Source: Amoebidium appalachense (Eukaryota > Protista > Ichthyosporea). From it: a stretch of 64,000 bases of DNA. The DNA lies in contig CAVNZM010000002.1 in NCBI GenBank assembly GCA_963693365.1, positions 11,340,328 through 11,404,327 on the forward strand, read 5' to 3'. A program made the position numbers and the translations under genes. This document shows, piece by piece, positions 1-14,738 of the stretch (within the stretch, counting starts at the first letter, position 1; every line of letters begins with the position of its first letter). The notes under the pieces were generated by a model that did not search any database, was not told the DNA's origin, and saw only the letters and a list, made by a program, of their open reading frames with translations.

Positions 1-524
1 CTCCCTCGTTCCCATCATCATTATCTTCATGCCTGGTTTGAGGTCGAGGTCCACCAGCTTCACGTTGTCTGCTGGTGGCTTGCCTGCACATAGCACAATC
101 AAGAAAACACAGACAGAAAGGGGATAGATCTTGTGAGCACATAGAGTCTCAACGGGCGGATTTTTGAAACCTCTGAGGCTGAAAGAATTACGCGGGTAAA
201 TAGGTGAATGGATATGTGTAGGTTTATGTGTTTTGTTTGGTTAATATGCGTGTTGGAGTGGGGAGTGTGTTTGTGTGTGTGGGGGGGGGGGGGGGGGAGG
301 GGGGGGGGGGGGGGGAGGGGAGGAGGGGCAGGGTGGGGGGAGGGGGGAGGATATTGGGATATGCAAGTCATGTTGCAAACCTCTGGGTTTCAAGAATCAA
401 ATCTGCAGACAGATTCATCATTTTCAAGTAATTGACTAGCCCTTACCCCTCCCATCCCAAATCCGCCTACCCCCCCCCCCCTCCCTCCTCTCTCCCCCCC
501 CCCCCCCCCCCTTCTCCTCTCCCC

Positions 525-555
<31 letters not shown>

Positions 556-1251
556 CCATCCCCTCTCTTGCCTCCCTATCCCGAAGAGTACACACACACA
601 CACACACACACACATACACCCTATTAAACCCACCTTCCCCCTTATAGCCCCTAAAACCCACGAACACTGAAACCGCGGCCATCCATGCAGCTCCAGGCAA
701 AAAAAAAAGGGAATTATGGGTTTTCTGCGGTGGTGATAACTTAGAGCCAGCATGAACAGGGAAGCCGAACCATGCAACACTGAATCTAACTCACCACCAC
801 AACAGAAGAAGTGTGCTTATGCAAACACAGTGCAACCACGCACATCATAACACCCCCCCGTTTCGCACGTTCTCTCTCTCTCTCTCCGATCCCCCCCCCT
901 CCCCCCCCTCCCCCCCCCCACCGCCCTACCCGCTCCCCCAGCCCCCTCCTCTGTCGTCACCTAGCTACCCCGCCTGCCACACAAGCACACCCACACACCT
1001 TTCGTGCAAGCATTCTCCCCACAGATGCAGCCGCATGTGCACCCACAGATGTGAGAAGATGTACTAAAAGACAGTTACAACACACACACACACACACCTT
1101 TGTACTTCAACCCCAGCAGTTTCTGCCTGTGTGCCTGCACCCCCGTCTTCTCCTGTATGGCCCCCTTCAGTTCCTCCACCGTGTGTGCTTTGGGCACGGT
1201 GATGTTATACTCACTCCCCGACCATTTGATGCATAGCGTAATGTCGTCCAT
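1..1251 (-). CDS. UBLCP1: Ubiquitin-like domain-containing CTD phosphatase 1, 5' part (exon 1 1251-1098, exon 2 83-<1; continues beyond the window start)
   Basis: Spliced translation MDDITLCIKWSGSEYNITVPKAHTVEELKGAIQEKTGVQAHRQKLLGLKYK|GKPPADNVKLVDLDLKPGMKIMMMGTRE matches the UBL domain of UBLCP1 as recalled (VKWGGQEY...RQKLLGLKVKGKPA...KPNTKIMMMGTRE). The GT-AG intron is phase-compatible. Confidence 0.9.
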
Positions 1252-1599
1252 TTTACTGTGCCAAATATCTCTTCCTGCGAGCCAAATGCCTCTGCTTTGT
1301 GTGGTTTTTGAGGCCTTCTGTGTAAAATATTCTTGGTTGGCTGCTAAAGGGGTTCAGCTCGTAATGCCTGTTCATTGCCTTTCCCGTTTTCACTCTCTCA
1401 TTTTTTTCACTCTCTCACTGGTTGAGTTGTTTTCTTTTTGGCCACGAGGGTAAAAAACTTTGTATTTGGGGTTGCTTTTTGGGGTTGCTGTTTGTTTTCA
1501 TTGATTGTTGTTTAGGAGTTGCCTGGTTCGCCCCGACGTCGACCTGCAGGGAGGGCTGTCGCGCAAACAGCAAAGTAGCGCAACGTGTTCCATTATGAT

Positions 1600-1685
1600 A
1601 TCATCGACCTGACAGCCAATCACTTGGCTTATTCTTGCGCAATACCTACGTAAGTGGTGTGCATTAAACCAATCAATGCTTTGAT
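1600..1685. promoter_or_regulatory. CCAAT boxes in the divergent UBLCP1/GOSR1 promoter
   Basis: AGCCAATCAC (~1614) and AACCAATCAA (~1667) lie in the ~940-bp gap between the two divergent start codons (1251 and 2191). Confidence 0.45.
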
Positions 1686-2190
1686 GCGGACGGCATTAAA
1701 GATTGTGAATCCTGTAGCCGGCAACCTTTTTTAGTTTTTGTTGCCGAGTACGTTGTTGGAACCATCTCAACTCAAAGAACAACTCAAAGAACATGGATCT
1801 CATCGCAGCATAGTCAATAAAGGATAGATACGAAGCAAGTAGAGCGTTGTTTAGTTTAGCTCGACGCATGCCCTTGGTCTCCACAACATCAAAAAGCATT
1901 GATACAACAAGTGAAAAAAAAGGGATCTGCTTGAGCAACTCCCAATAGCAGAAAACAGGGTAGACAGGAAAAGAAGGACAACGTATACCTTGGGGAAGCT
2001 AGAAGTGTGCCATCTGTGCGGAATTCAACTTCCATTGTTACTATTCTACGGTCACACAACGTTTTTGAGTGAACCCAGCTTCAGAACCCTGGATCCAGCT
2101 GGAGATCTAATGTTTCCTTTCTAGTGCTTAGCACTTCGCTATACATGCTCTTGTAAGTGCTACCGTGTGCTGGAAGAATAAAGCGGCAAG

Positions 2191-3140
2191 ATGGCAGCCT
2201 CGGCGGTTACGTGGGAAGGTGTGTACCATGCAGCGTAACATACATGAAGGGCATATGTGCCTACACGATTGCTTGTGTGTACATACAGACGCCGTTCCAA
2301 GGGAACACGCGACTGGCAAGCATGCACGCATGCACTCACGCACGCGCATACACAAACACACACACGCGCGCGCGCGCGTGTGTGTACACAGAAGAACTCA
2401 ATCGCTAAAGTATGAATATCCACATGCCCTTATCAACACAAAAACACCATATTTATTACAAAGTTTTTGCCTGAATACAACACATAACAACACAGCAGAC
2501 AATCCCATCGAGTAACCAGTACGCAATCACTTAGGTTCCTCACAGACGAAAGACATGTATACTTGAACACACACACATGCATGCACGCCAGTGCGCAAGC
2601 ACGCACACACACAGCCAGACACAGACATTCACACACCCACATACACCGGGGCATTTGACGCGAATGATAATCAATCACAGTGTGTTCTTGCCAAAACATG
2701 CAGGGTGACGTACACATATGTGCACGTGCACTTGTGCGCACAAGGTGGCCTTTGTTCCCAAGTTTGCAATACCCGACGCCTTCCGGTGTACCCTTAGTGA
2801 CAGCACTTTTCTTGGAAGCAACAATAACGTCCGCATTTTTTTTGTATTTTATACCGTTTATCTTTTTAAAGTCTCTCCCTGCTTTCTCCTGTTTTCCTTT
2901 TCTTTCTCTTTAAGATTAATATTGTCGTGTGTGTTCGTGTAGGAAATGGCGTGTGTCTGTGTGTGTTTGTTTGGGGGGGGGGGGGGGGGGGGGGGTTTGA
3001 CGGGAGGGGGGCGCATGTGTTGAAATACGGAACTCCTGAGTCCATTCACTTCTAGAGCAAGCGATACACGTTCCCCCCCCCCCCCCCCCCCCCTTTTTTT
3101 TGGGGGGGGGGGGGGGGGGGGGGTAGTTTTTTTTTTTTTT

Positions 3141-3171
<31 letters not shown>

Positions 3172-3285
3172 GGGGGGCTCTGACATGTCTTTTGTCGTAA
3201 ACACTTGAGTTTGAAGAGCAAGAAGCTGACTTCAACACCCACATGCACGCAGACACCCATGTATTTATGCACCCACTTGCACGTG

Positions 3286-3347
<62 letters not shown>

Positions 3348-4170
3348 ACGTTGTGTTGCACACCACCTTCACATCCCAGAGCTCAAGAGGCGGGCAACCC
3401 AGATCGAGGGGGAGATAGGCATGAAGTTGATATCGTTTAGCAAGCTGGGCCCGGCACTGCAGACACCAACAGGGTAAGTGAAATCTGCATGTTTTAATAA
3501 TGGAAATTTCATGTTTGGAAGGAAATTGCTTATTTGGATAAGGGAAATTTCATGTTTGGAGGGAAATTACGTATTTGGATAAGGGAAATTTTATTTTTGG
3601 ATAAGGGGAGTTGTTTGTTTGGACAAATGAAGGTGCATGTTTGAAGAAGGGGATATTGCATGTTTGGCAGCAGATCTCAACAAAGATTCTGATGCATTTG
3701 AGTTGGGTTGCGATCATATTTTTTTTTGTGTTTTTCCACCCAAGCCCCGACCGGTTTTCAGTAGTCTAAGCCTTGAGAATTTTGCTGGTGTGCGTGTATA
3801 TTTGGAAACAAAATATGGGTGTATCGGTGTCCGATGTTCGTGCGTGGTTACGCTGTGTTTACCTTGCTGGCCCGTGTGTAATGACTCCCCTCTGTCACTA
3901 CAACCAGCCGGTTGTAGAAAGTGTGTGTGCGAAAGTTTCACTGGTGTCTTCCTACATCTGCCATGATTCTCTTTTCCTGATTTATATTCATTTCTTTTTG
4001 TTTGGTCGCCTTTTGAAGGTGGCAGTCAAAAATGTGTAAGAGGAGAACCTGCTGTCGGGGCAGGGTTGGAATGTGTCTCTGTGTGTTTGGGTTAAGGGGA
4101 GGGGGGGGGGGGGGGGGAGGGGAGGGGGGGGGGGGGGAAGTTGAGAAAAGGGAACGAGGGACGTTGGGGT

Positions 4171-4201
<31 letters not shown>

Positions 4202-4965
4202 GGGGGGAGGGGGGGGAGGAGGGGGAATGGTTTGTGGGAGACAATAGCCCGAGAACCTGTTTTCACTGATTATCTTGGGCATTACCTTGCCACAACCCGA
4301 TTTTGGATTGCCAACGTTTTCTCTTGTTATATAACATGCCTTCACGCCCACACCCACAAAACATGCACAAGCACACGTGTATGCAAAACATCGCTTTAAA
4401 ACTACACACACACACACACACACACACACATGCAGGGATACTGGGGAGCATGTGTTTGAAACGATGGCGAGTGAAATACAGCAGCTGGTCGATAAAGTAT
4501 GGAACCTCCTCTCCCCATCCCCTCCCCTCTCCCCCCCCCCCCCCCTCCCTCTCCCCACTCGCCTGCCGTCCGCCCTCCCCTTCGGGGCAACCATTCTTTC
4601 ATGTTATCCCGGTGTTGTACTTCAACACACACACACACACTCTCTCTCTCTCCCTTCCTCCATCCCTCCCTCCCGCTCATCTTCGTTCCCTTTCTCATTA
4701 TGCTCCCTCACCCCCCCCCCCCCCCCCCCCTCTTCCCCCTTTTCTGTCTCTGCTTAAGTCTCCGTCTCCATTGCCCCACTTTCTCCCTCCAGTCTCTCAC
4801 ACGTTCCTCCATCCCTCTTCCTCTACCTCTCTTCCCCTCTCTCCCTTTCATTTTTTTTTTTCCTAGCTCTCTACCCTTCCTATAGGCATCTATAATTTTT
4901 AATTTTCTTCAACCTCGCCCTCACACCATATACCTTAGTATCCTTTACTCATTACACCCACCCAC

Positions 4966-4996
<31 letters not shown>

Positions 4997-5482
4997 GCGC
5001 GTGCGGGCATACACACACAAGCACGCACGCACACTCGCACACGGGCGCATTTGCACCCACCCACCCACACACACACATACACACATACACACACACATAC
5101 ACACACACACACACACACATACACATACACACACACACACATACACACACACATATCCCCCCCTCTTCCCCCCCCCCCCCCCCCCACACACACACTCACA
5201 TATCCTCCCCCCCCCCCCCCCCACACACACATACGAACACATATCCCCCCCCCCCACACACACACACACACATATCCCCCCCCCCCCCCCCCCCTACCCA
5301 CACACACACGCACACATACCCCCCCCCCCACCACACACACACACACATACACACACATACCCTCTCGCCACCACACACACTCACACACATATATATACCA
5401 TATCCACCCCCCCCCACACACACACACACACATATCCTCCCCCCCCCTCACACACACACACACAAATATATCCCCCCCCCCC

Positions 5483-5513
<31 letters not shown>

Positions 5514-5933
5514 AGTTTGCATCCATCGTAGACCAACTAGCCATACATGCCGAGGCAAGAAAGGGCCCAGCGTTCATCCACACAGCAAACAGATACCGAA
5601 ATCTTTTGGATGACATGGACAGAGAGTTCAGGAAACTGAAGGTGGGTGGTTTGAGGGGCAAGAAATGGCAAAGGGATGTAGGGAGGGGGTGAGGGAGAGG
5701 GGAGAAGGGGGGGGGGGGGGGGGGGGGGGAGGGGGAGGAGGAAGGGGGAGCGTTCGGAAAGGGACGAGTGGTGGTTGGGAAAAGTGGGTGCAGATAGCGA
5801 GCTTTTTGTTAGTTAGCACTTAAGAACTTGGATTTAAACCATATTTGGTTGTTCATTATATCTTCGTTTTAAAGGGGACCTTTTTTCATATCTCTTTGCA
5901 CGAGAAACTGTATGCTTCCAAAGCACCAGGGGG

Positions 5934-5995
<62 letters not shown>

Positions 5996-7060
5996 AAGGA
6001 GGCTGAATAAAGTGTAAATGTGTATAGGTACATATGTACAAAGTACGGTTCCATTTAGTTGCCGCCGGAGGTAAGAAGAGGGGAGGGAGGGGAGTTTGGG
6101 GGGGGGGGGGGTCTTTTTCTATCAGGGACAGTGCGGGGCTTGATGGACAGCCCTTATATGGGGCGGTTCATATATGAAGTCTGACTCTATAAATTTATGT
6201 TGCAGGCCAACCTTGTACAGGCGAGAGAAAGAGAGACCCTCCTTTCGTCAGTACAGCAGGACATAAAGTGCGTTTTGTATGTTTTGGTCTTTGTTGCTCT
6301 TTTTTCCTATTTTCTGCATTTTGTTTTCTTCACCCAACCTTCCATTCACACGTGTGCCGGATCTCTCACTCCCCGTTTTTTGTCCGTTTGAAACAGGTTT
6401 CTTTCTCTCGTATACCGGATATGGTTTGGGGTAATCCAGTTTTCTGCGGAAGGGGTGTGGTTGTGCGGACACTGCAAGTAGGGGGCCGTCGGGGGGGAGG
6501 AGGAAAGTGGGGAGAGGAGGATGGGGGGAGGGGAGGGAGGGCAAGAGGGGGATATAGAGGAGACTGTGTGGTTCTGGTTCGATTGATTAGGCATGATTAA
6601 TCATTATTAGATGTGGGGGCCTACGTTCTCTCATGTGGCCACATGGCCACAAAACCTAGACCTTTTAACCGCATGAGCATGGCCGCGTAGGTACATGCTC
6701 GGACGGGGGGAAAGGACACTTGCGTGCAGACCCACACCCACATACCTACACACATGCACATTCTTTGAGCCATACGGGATTGTCCCTCTCGTCTCCCCTC
6801 CCCCCCCCCCCCCCCCCACACACACACACGCACACACACACACACACCTCCCTCCTTGAACCCCGAAACACTAAGGTCTTCTTTGGGTTTTATCGTGAAC
6901 CCTGGGTTTTATCGTGAACCCTCCCTATCTCCCACCTCGTCCTATATATTTCTCCATCTTCAGGCACAACAACACATGTGCATACAGACACAGTATGTGC
7001 ATACATCCCGGCTGATCTCTTTTCCCCCTTCATCCTGCAAGAATCACACGTGCACGCGCA

Positions 7061-7093
<33 letters not shown>

Positions 7094-7285
7094 GTGAACA
7101 CACATACGCACATATGCACGCGCGCACGCGCACATCCACACACACACACACGCATATACACAGGCTTCCCACACACACACACGCGCGCGCATGCACGCAC
7201 AAACACATGACCCACGCACAAACACATTGCCTTCTTCCCTTTTCCCTCCTCCCCTCCTCCTTCCCCGAACCCCCTCCCGCCCTCT

Positions 7286-7330
<45 letters not shown>

Positions 7331-7904
7331 CCTACCACCGCACGCAGCAGCAGGGCAGCAGCTACTACGACAGAGAGCAATCACGACTCTACAGCAGCCA
7401 CCAGATGATCAATGACAGTCTGAGCATAGCCATGGAGACCAGGGATGACCTGGTCAGGCAGAGGTTAACTTTTGGTGCTGCCGCTCAGAGGTTGAGGGGC
7501 ATTACAGGTATGTGTGTGTACGTGTACGTGTGTGTGTGGGGGGGGGGGGGGGGGGGGGGGGAAGGGGGGGGGAGGAAGGAGGGGGTGGGGGGAGGGGTTT
7601 GGGGAAGAAGGGGGGGGGAGGGGGGGATGAGGGGGGGGGGGGGGGGGGTCGATGTGTGTGGGTGGGTGGGTGGGTGGGTGGGTGGGGGTGGGTGTTTGTT
7701 TAGGGGAGGGAGAGGGGGGGGGGGAGGAGAGAGGTGGCCAGGCGGGGAGGGGGGAGAGGGGGGGAGGGGGGAGGGGGGATGGGGGGAGAGGGGGGGGGGG
7801 GGGATATGAGTATGTGTGTGCGCGCACCCACTTTTCTCACCCTACAGCAACTCTGGGCACCTTTTTGCATGCGCATCAGTCGTTCTTATTGCAAGTATCG
7901 TACT

Positions 7905-7957
<53 letters not shown>

Positions 7958-8144
7958 GTGGTGGTGGTGGTGGTGGGGGGGGGGGGGGGGGGGGGGGGCT
8001 GACGGGGCGGGTTTTGCAGCGCGGATACCCGGGCTCAACACGCTAATGCATCACATTGACATCAAGAAGAGAAAAGACAACCTGATATTGGCTGCTGTGG
8101 TGGCACTGTGCATATGTTTCTGTCTGTGGTATCTGTTTGCGTAA
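2191..8144 (+). CDS. GOSR1: Golgi SNARE GS28/Gos1 (Qb-SNARE). Exons 2191-2218, 3380-3473, 4436-4496, 5516-5641, 6206-6267, 7329-7507, 8020-8144
   Basis: [32 protein letters not shown]...[17 protein letters not shown]...[15 protein letters not shown]...[14 protein letters not shown]...[14 protein letters not shown]...[40 protein letters not shown]. These are the GOSR1 motifs with a C-terminal TM anchor. All six introns are GT-AG and phase-consistent. Confidence 0.93.
3500..3670. repeat. Degenerate ~20-bp minisatellite (GGAAATTxCATGTTTGGA..) in GOSR1 intron 2
   Basis: About 8 imperfect tandem copies are visible directly after the exon 2 donor. Confidence 0.7.
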
Positions 8145-8147
8145 ATA

Positions 8148-8226
<79 letters not shown>

Positions 8227-8518
8227 ATATGTGGGTGTGTGTATATATGTGGGTTGATATATATCTCTTAACGTGCATATATTCATAGCTTGATACATTT
8301 ATTGGCGGACCTAGACACATGATGTAAAGGTATATGGGTGTGTTCAAAGTGTGATGTTGGTAGTGTGTCTGGTGGTGTGGTGCGGAAGTGACTTTGCAAG
8401 AAAAAACACGTGAAAATGGGTGTCTTTTGTCTATGTGGTGGGGTTGAATTTGTTGAGATTGATTTTGAAGTGTTTTTTTTTTTTTGCTTTTTGCTTTTTT
8501 CTTTTCTTTTTTTCCTCC

Positions 8519-8566
<48 letters not shown>

Positions 8567-9855
8567 GGGGGGGGGGAGGGGGGGGGGGAGGGGGGGGGGG
8601 GGGGGGGAGGGGGGGGGAGGGGGGGGGGGGGGGGGGGAGAATAAAAGACACGTATTTTGGCATTTGATATTTGATTCTTTTGTGTATTCTCATGTACAGG
8701 CATTGTTTAAACCTAACATATTTACTCAAGAATAACTATAGTAAATTACATTTGGCGATTATGTTCACAGTGTACACTTCCCATGGACAGAAGGGGTAGA
8801 CCGTATTCTGCAAAGCAACACATGTTCTTAAATAAAATCGTGCTATTACTTAAACAGTTGTACAGGGGGTGTATAATAAACAACAGGATACGTTTCATCA
8901 CCTAATCAAAACTGACTGGCTGGTTTGCTTTTGTTTTGCTCGATTTCGTTTATTTTCAATATTCTTTGTTTTATGTTTGGAAGAAGGTGGCGAGGGAGGG
9001 AGGGGGGAGGGGGGGGAGAGGGGGGGGGGGGGGGGGGGGGGGGGGCTTTATGCATGTATGGCAGCTGGTCTGTGCTTTGAAATCGATAGACACAAACCAT
9101 TTATATTGCACATGGTCGAAATAAATATTAACAACCAAATGCTCAGGTGGGCCCACGTGTCCCTGCCCACCCATGCATGTGCACGTAAGTCGCCCTTTGC
9201 ATCACTGACACGTGCACGCACATGTACGTAGCCAGTAAAAAAGAACATTAAATCATATGGAAATGGAGTTCGAGGGCAATATGCATGTAGGTATGCCGCT
9301 TTGCAAGTGAAAAAACGAGGTTGGAGAGGTGCGGATAGTGGGGTTTACGCGTGCCATGATTGTAACTAATGTGGGCACGCACTGGGCAATGTGTGTGCGT
9401 GCACACACACACAAAACGATGTACTCACTCACACATGCACACACACGAAGCCACACCTACACATGCGCGAGCCCACACACACACAAAGTGCTTGCACAAA
9501 TCGTTGAAATACAACCTTTTTTTTGTTTCAGTAGCCGGTACTCAGTCCTTTTGATATTTTGAAGTTCAGACACACCCCCACTACAGCCACTATGACACAC
9601 ACGCACTTCACGGCATGACACAGCAACATCCATAGTCACATGCCACACGTAAAGATATAAGACGGCTTCTTTTTTTTCCCGCCTGGTAAGCATCATATGC
9701 ATGTACACCGTTCGTAAATAATGCCCAGAAACCCCCATTTAGCGCCATATCGGGTACCATCTTCGTCCACAAAAAAAAATCAATCAATCGTGTGGAATGG
9801 CAGTATTATTTCTCGTTAAAGGTTGGAATGGGATAAGAAAAGGTGTCAGTAATAT

Positions 9856-9950
9856 GGAGCTATGTGGATAACAACAGAGGCATGTGGATAAAAATAGAGG
9901 TACATGGATAAAAAGGGAGGTATGTGGATAAAAATAGAGGTATGTAGAAT
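9856..9950. repeat. ~20-bp minisatellite (GAGGTATGTGGATAAAAATA) x4-5
   Basis: Tandem imperfect copies lie between the convergent 3' ends of GOSR1 and the DnaJ gene. Confidence 0.7.
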
Positions 9951-10383
9951 GGGTAGGGTTGCATGAATGCAATGTAACAGACGTATCAGGTAACCTCAAT
10001 ACAGCATGCCGAAGTCTCCTATACATGGCAATCCAATGGAAGATGTTTCTGGTAAGCATTCAAAGACGAGAAAGCTCCAATGCAGCTACAATAAAACCGT
10101 CATACCCACATGCTCAACCCCCCCCCCCCCCCCCCCCTCTCCCCCTTCTCTTTGTCCTCCCCCCCCCCCCCCCCCCCCCCCGGGGGGCGCCCTCTGCCTC
10201 CCCATAGGAAGGCAATACTGGGAAATAAAAAGGCGGTTTTTTCAAAGTCCCCCGCCCCACCTATCCCTCCCCCACCAAAAAAAAAAGGAAAAAAAAAAGA
10301 ACACCCCCACCCCCACACTGCTCGGGGCGTGCAAAAAACCACTTCCAACGCAACCGGGGCACTATCACACTACCCTTGGCCAC

Positions 10384-11029
10384 CTAGTACGAATAGCTGC
10401 ACTGCCCCAGCAGGTCTTTCAGTTTTCCCTTCACGTTTTCCGGTACTTTTGTGGGCATTCTCACGTCGAACGTCACCAGCAGATCCCCCCTTCCACCTCC
10501 CTTTTTCGGCATCCCCTCACCCCCCACCACCCGCGTCTGGCTGTGAATGAGGGGTCCATGGATCGGAATATGAATTTCTCTCCCGTCAATGGCCGGAATT
10601 TGGGCCGTGAACCCACACAGAGCATCACCCAGGGTCACGGGGATGGTGCACTTGAGATTGTGGCCGTCTCGGGTGTACATTGGATGGGGTTTTTGGCGCA
10701 CAATAAACACGACGTCCTGTGAAGGGGAAGTGGGGGGGGGGGAAGAAAAGGGGGGGGGGGGGGGGGGGGTTAGCGACAACGAATCTTGGAGTGGACGGAT
10801 GATTGTGAAACTAAAGGCAAAAAGGGTGTTTCTTCCGTGGGGAAGACAGAAAGGTTTTGTTATTTTCCCTGAGGGGAAACGGGGGGGGGGGGAGGCGCGA
10901 AGTGGGAATAGGCGTTTGGGCACGGTAAGAAAGAAGGTTCCAGGGGAAGCGAGTGGGAGAGTGATGGATTCATTTACTTGTTGAGACTTTTTTTGGGAGG
11001 GTGGTGGGTGGTGGGTGGGGGGGGGGGGT

Positions 11030-11073
<44 letters not shown>

Positions 11074-11332
11074 AGGTGTAGCTGGTAATCTTAAAAAAAG
11101 GGAAGAAAGAACGGGTGGGTGGGTGGGTGGGTGTTGGGGGGTGGGGGGTGGAGATGGGGTGGAAGGGGATGGGGGGTTAACAGACCTGGGGCCCTCTGTT
11201 ATGTTTCACATCTCCGGCGCCACTGAACCGCACCTGAAAGGTTGGGAATAAGTCAATGCACTAATAGTGGGCCATGCTATTATTAGACGGTGTTCTAACA
11301 TTAGATTATCGTTGCTATTTTTGACCACCACG

Positions 11333-11381
<49 letters not shown>

Positions 11382-12364
11382 AACAGTGAAGGTTGCGTTT
11401 TATCGCATTACCTGAAAGGGGTTGGGGAATGGGGAAGGCCGGGTGGTTAGGGTGTGAAGGAAAAGGGGGGGGGGGGGGGGGGGAGGAGGTGGGGGGAGGG
11501 GGGGAGAGAAGGGGGGGGGGGGGGGGAGGGAGGTATGTGGTTAGTTTGGCACTAATTAATGGCATTCCCCGTGGCTTCCTATGCACCGTGTTACCGTGTT
11601 TGCTAACTCAACCACTGTCATGTGCCCTCCGCATAAAACAAATCCTGACAACAAAGGCAAGCAACCATTTGGCTCAACTACCCATACGGAGGGTCAATCC
11701 CCTTCCTCCCTGCCTTCTCCCCCCCTTCCCGACGCCCCCTCCCAACCCTCCCCAAAGCACGTACACACGCTTCCAGCTTCGGCCAAACCTTAGTCAACGT
11801 GTAGGAGATCAGATAGTGAGAGTAGGAGAAGGTAGAGGTGGGGGGGTATTCTTCTTCTTCTTCTTCTTTTTTTTTTGGGGGGGGGGGGGAGGGGGAGGGG
11901 GGGGGGAGGGGGGGAGGGGGGGAAGGAGGGGGGATGGTGGCCGCAAATAAAGCATATAGGAAAGAGGTGCCAGAAGAGGAAAAAAAGCGAGAATGGGACC
12001 CCTTCCCTGGGAAAAGTAAAGAGACGAGTGAGGGGTCGGCTGACCGGTCAACACACACGCACACCAACGCGCACACACAACACACACACACACACACACA
12101 CATCTCACCTTCGTGCCCTCCTTCCACCCCGGCTGCACGTCAATCTCATACGTCTTTGTCTCCTTCCTCACGTCCCCCTTGTGTCCCTCCACACTCCGTG
12201 TAACCCTCACCCTCTTCTTCTTTCCCCCATACAACTCCTCCAGACTGCAGTATAACTCATAGACGGCATCCGGTGTAGAAGGGATGGCTTCTTCGTATTC
12301 GTCTGAACTCGTGTTGCCCGTGTGTGTGAACATGCTGCTACTGTGGTGTGTGTGTGTGTGTGTA

Positions 12365-12422
<58 letters not shown>

Positions 12423-13346
12423 CGTGTGTGTGTGCATGTGTGCGTGTATGTGTTTTGTTTTCTGGAGGGGTGGGGGGAGAGGAGGGGGGCGGGGGGGGGC
12501 CAGGGGGGGGGGGGGGGGAAGGGGGGATGGAGTTGTGGGGTAGACGGTTGGAGGAGGAGAGTCCGGTGAGGGAAGGGAGGGGAGACGTGGGGGAGGGAAA
12601 GAAAAAGAGCGTGGGTAGGGAAAGGGTAAGGGGGGGAGGGGGGAGGGGGGAGGGGGTCAGGCTGGGTATGTGCAAGTTTGTACTTGGAGTGACTGTGGGG
12701 AAGGGTGATGATACGGGCAGGGTTTTGCGGTGGGGTTGAAGGGGGGGGGGGGGGGGGGAGGGGGGGGGGGGAGCCCCAGGGGACATGAGTATGGAAATGG
12801 GAAGGATGTTTAGCGCTTATACTTAATGAAACGAAGGCTGTGATATTACATGATGAGACAGCGCAAATGATGGCAGCCTGGTAGTGACAAGAAGGGCGGG
12901 GGGGGGGGGGGGGGGAGGGAGGGAGGGAGGTGGGGGGGGGGGGGGGGGGGGATGAATTCGATTAGGACAGTGGGGGTATTCCTGGGAGCTCGGAGGGATG
13001 GGGGGCGGGGGGTGCGATATTGAAGATGAGTAGGAGACAATGGGCTGTTCTTTTTTCTTTTATTTTTTCTTTTATTTTTTTGCTTTTTTCTATTTCTTTT
13101 TTCTCTTTTTTTTTCTTGTTTTTGGACGCGGGGGGGGGGGGGGGGGGGGGGGGGGGGAGGTAAAGGGGAAGAGAATTTTTCCATCCTTCTGCAAAGAGAA
13201 GGGGAAAGAGGGATTCACGGGGACATGTGTGAGCTGAAAGTGGTGGTGATGGTAACTTTTGCATTTGTGTGCAAACGGAGGGACGGAGAGTTGAAGTGGG
13301 GGAAGAGCGATTGGTGATGGTGGTGGTGGTGGTGGTGTTTGTTTTT

Positions 13347-13408
<62 letters not shown>

Positions 13409-13443
13409 TGTGGGGCTCTTAAGTGGGTAAGTTGACGGGTGAT

Positions 13444-13480
<37 letters not shown>

Positions 13481-13640
13481 CTCATCCATGCCACCTACCT
13501 CCGCGAATGGTCACTGGCACCAGGCATTCCCCCCATACCTCCAAACATTCCATATGGACCCCCCTGGGTGGGTCCTTGGCGCTGGCCACCGGCCTGTTGG
13601 AACTGACCAAACATGAACGGCATGCCCCTGTGGGTGTGTG

Positions 13641-13677
<37 letters not shown>

Positions 13678-14707
13678 TAGGCGTACGAGGTGGTTAGGAG
13701 AGAACTCGGATAGCCAAAACAAAGGAGATGGGCTTCTTTTTTTTTTTTTTTTTTTTTTTTGTTTTGAGAGGGGGGGGGGGGGGGGGGGGGGGGAGGTAAG
13801 AGGCTTTGAGAAACTAGAGAATGAGAGCCAATGTAGTAGGAAATTGTGGAGCCCTGTGTGTGTTTGTGCGTGTGTGTGTGTGTGCGCATGTGTTTTTTTT
13901 CTTTTTTTTTTTTCTCTTTTTTCTTTTGTTCTTTTTTTTCTTTTGGGGGGGGGGGGGGGGGGGGGGGGGAGGGGGGGGCTGTTAATATTAGGTAAGGATA
14001 AGGATATTCATTTTGCGGTAGTGGTGATTGTAGTTTGTAGGGAAGGAAAATTCAAAAGTTATTGAACATGGCTCGGAGACGGGGGGGAGGGAGGGGCTAG
14101 TAAGCGGACGGGGGGAGGGGGGAGGGGGAAGGAAGGCGGGCGGGGGGGGGGGGGGGGGGGGGGGGGGGGAGGGGAGGGGGCAGGTGGATTATCAGGGCAA
14201 GGAAAACAGTATTGGATTGTGGAATTTCACGATGGTATGACGAGAGCAGCAGAGCAACAGCTGACCTATTAACAACCAACGAAAAATGTGCGCCAAACAA
14301 AAAGGGCTTGAATTTGGAAAACTGGATACCATGGTCGTTCGCAAAAGTGAGATATACACAAAAGACGGGGCAAAGACACTTCAGGGTATGATACAATAGT
14401 GGGGAGATGTTCGGAATCTATTTCTTTCTTTTCTTCATTCTCCCCCCCCCCTCTCTCTTTTTTTCTGCGGGGGGAGGGGGGGGAGGGGGAGGGGGGAGGG
14501 GGAGGGGGGAAAGGGGGGATACTCACCCAAAGCCCCTTGAGCCCCCCCCTCATGCCGCCAAAATTTCCAAACACATGTGAGAATATCTCGTCCGCATCCC
14601 GTCCACTGAAACTGTAAGTGCCTCCTCCCATAGGACCCCCCCGTGTGAACGTGAATGTCTGAGGCCCCCCTGGCATGCCCTGCCCACCTGCACCTGTGGT
14701 TGTGTGT

Positions 14708-14738
<31 letters not shown>

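Noticed and set aside
1535-1551. GTCGACCTGCAGG, and the SacI/XhoI/PstI/EcoRI cluster at 31206-31231, as cloning-vector contamination
   Set aside because: The matches are too short and have no flanking vector sequence.
1696-1938. 80-aa ORF (TKGMRRAKLNNALLASYLS) faintly reminiscent of a non-LTR retroelement segment; likewise ORF 30723-31091
   Set aside because: No reverse transcriptase core motifs, and the similarity is too weak to call without a search.
3500-3670. Regularly spaced repeats here and at 9856-9950 as possible CRISPR arrays
   Set aside because: They are degenerate tandem units without unique spacers, there are no cas genes, and the context is eukaryotic.
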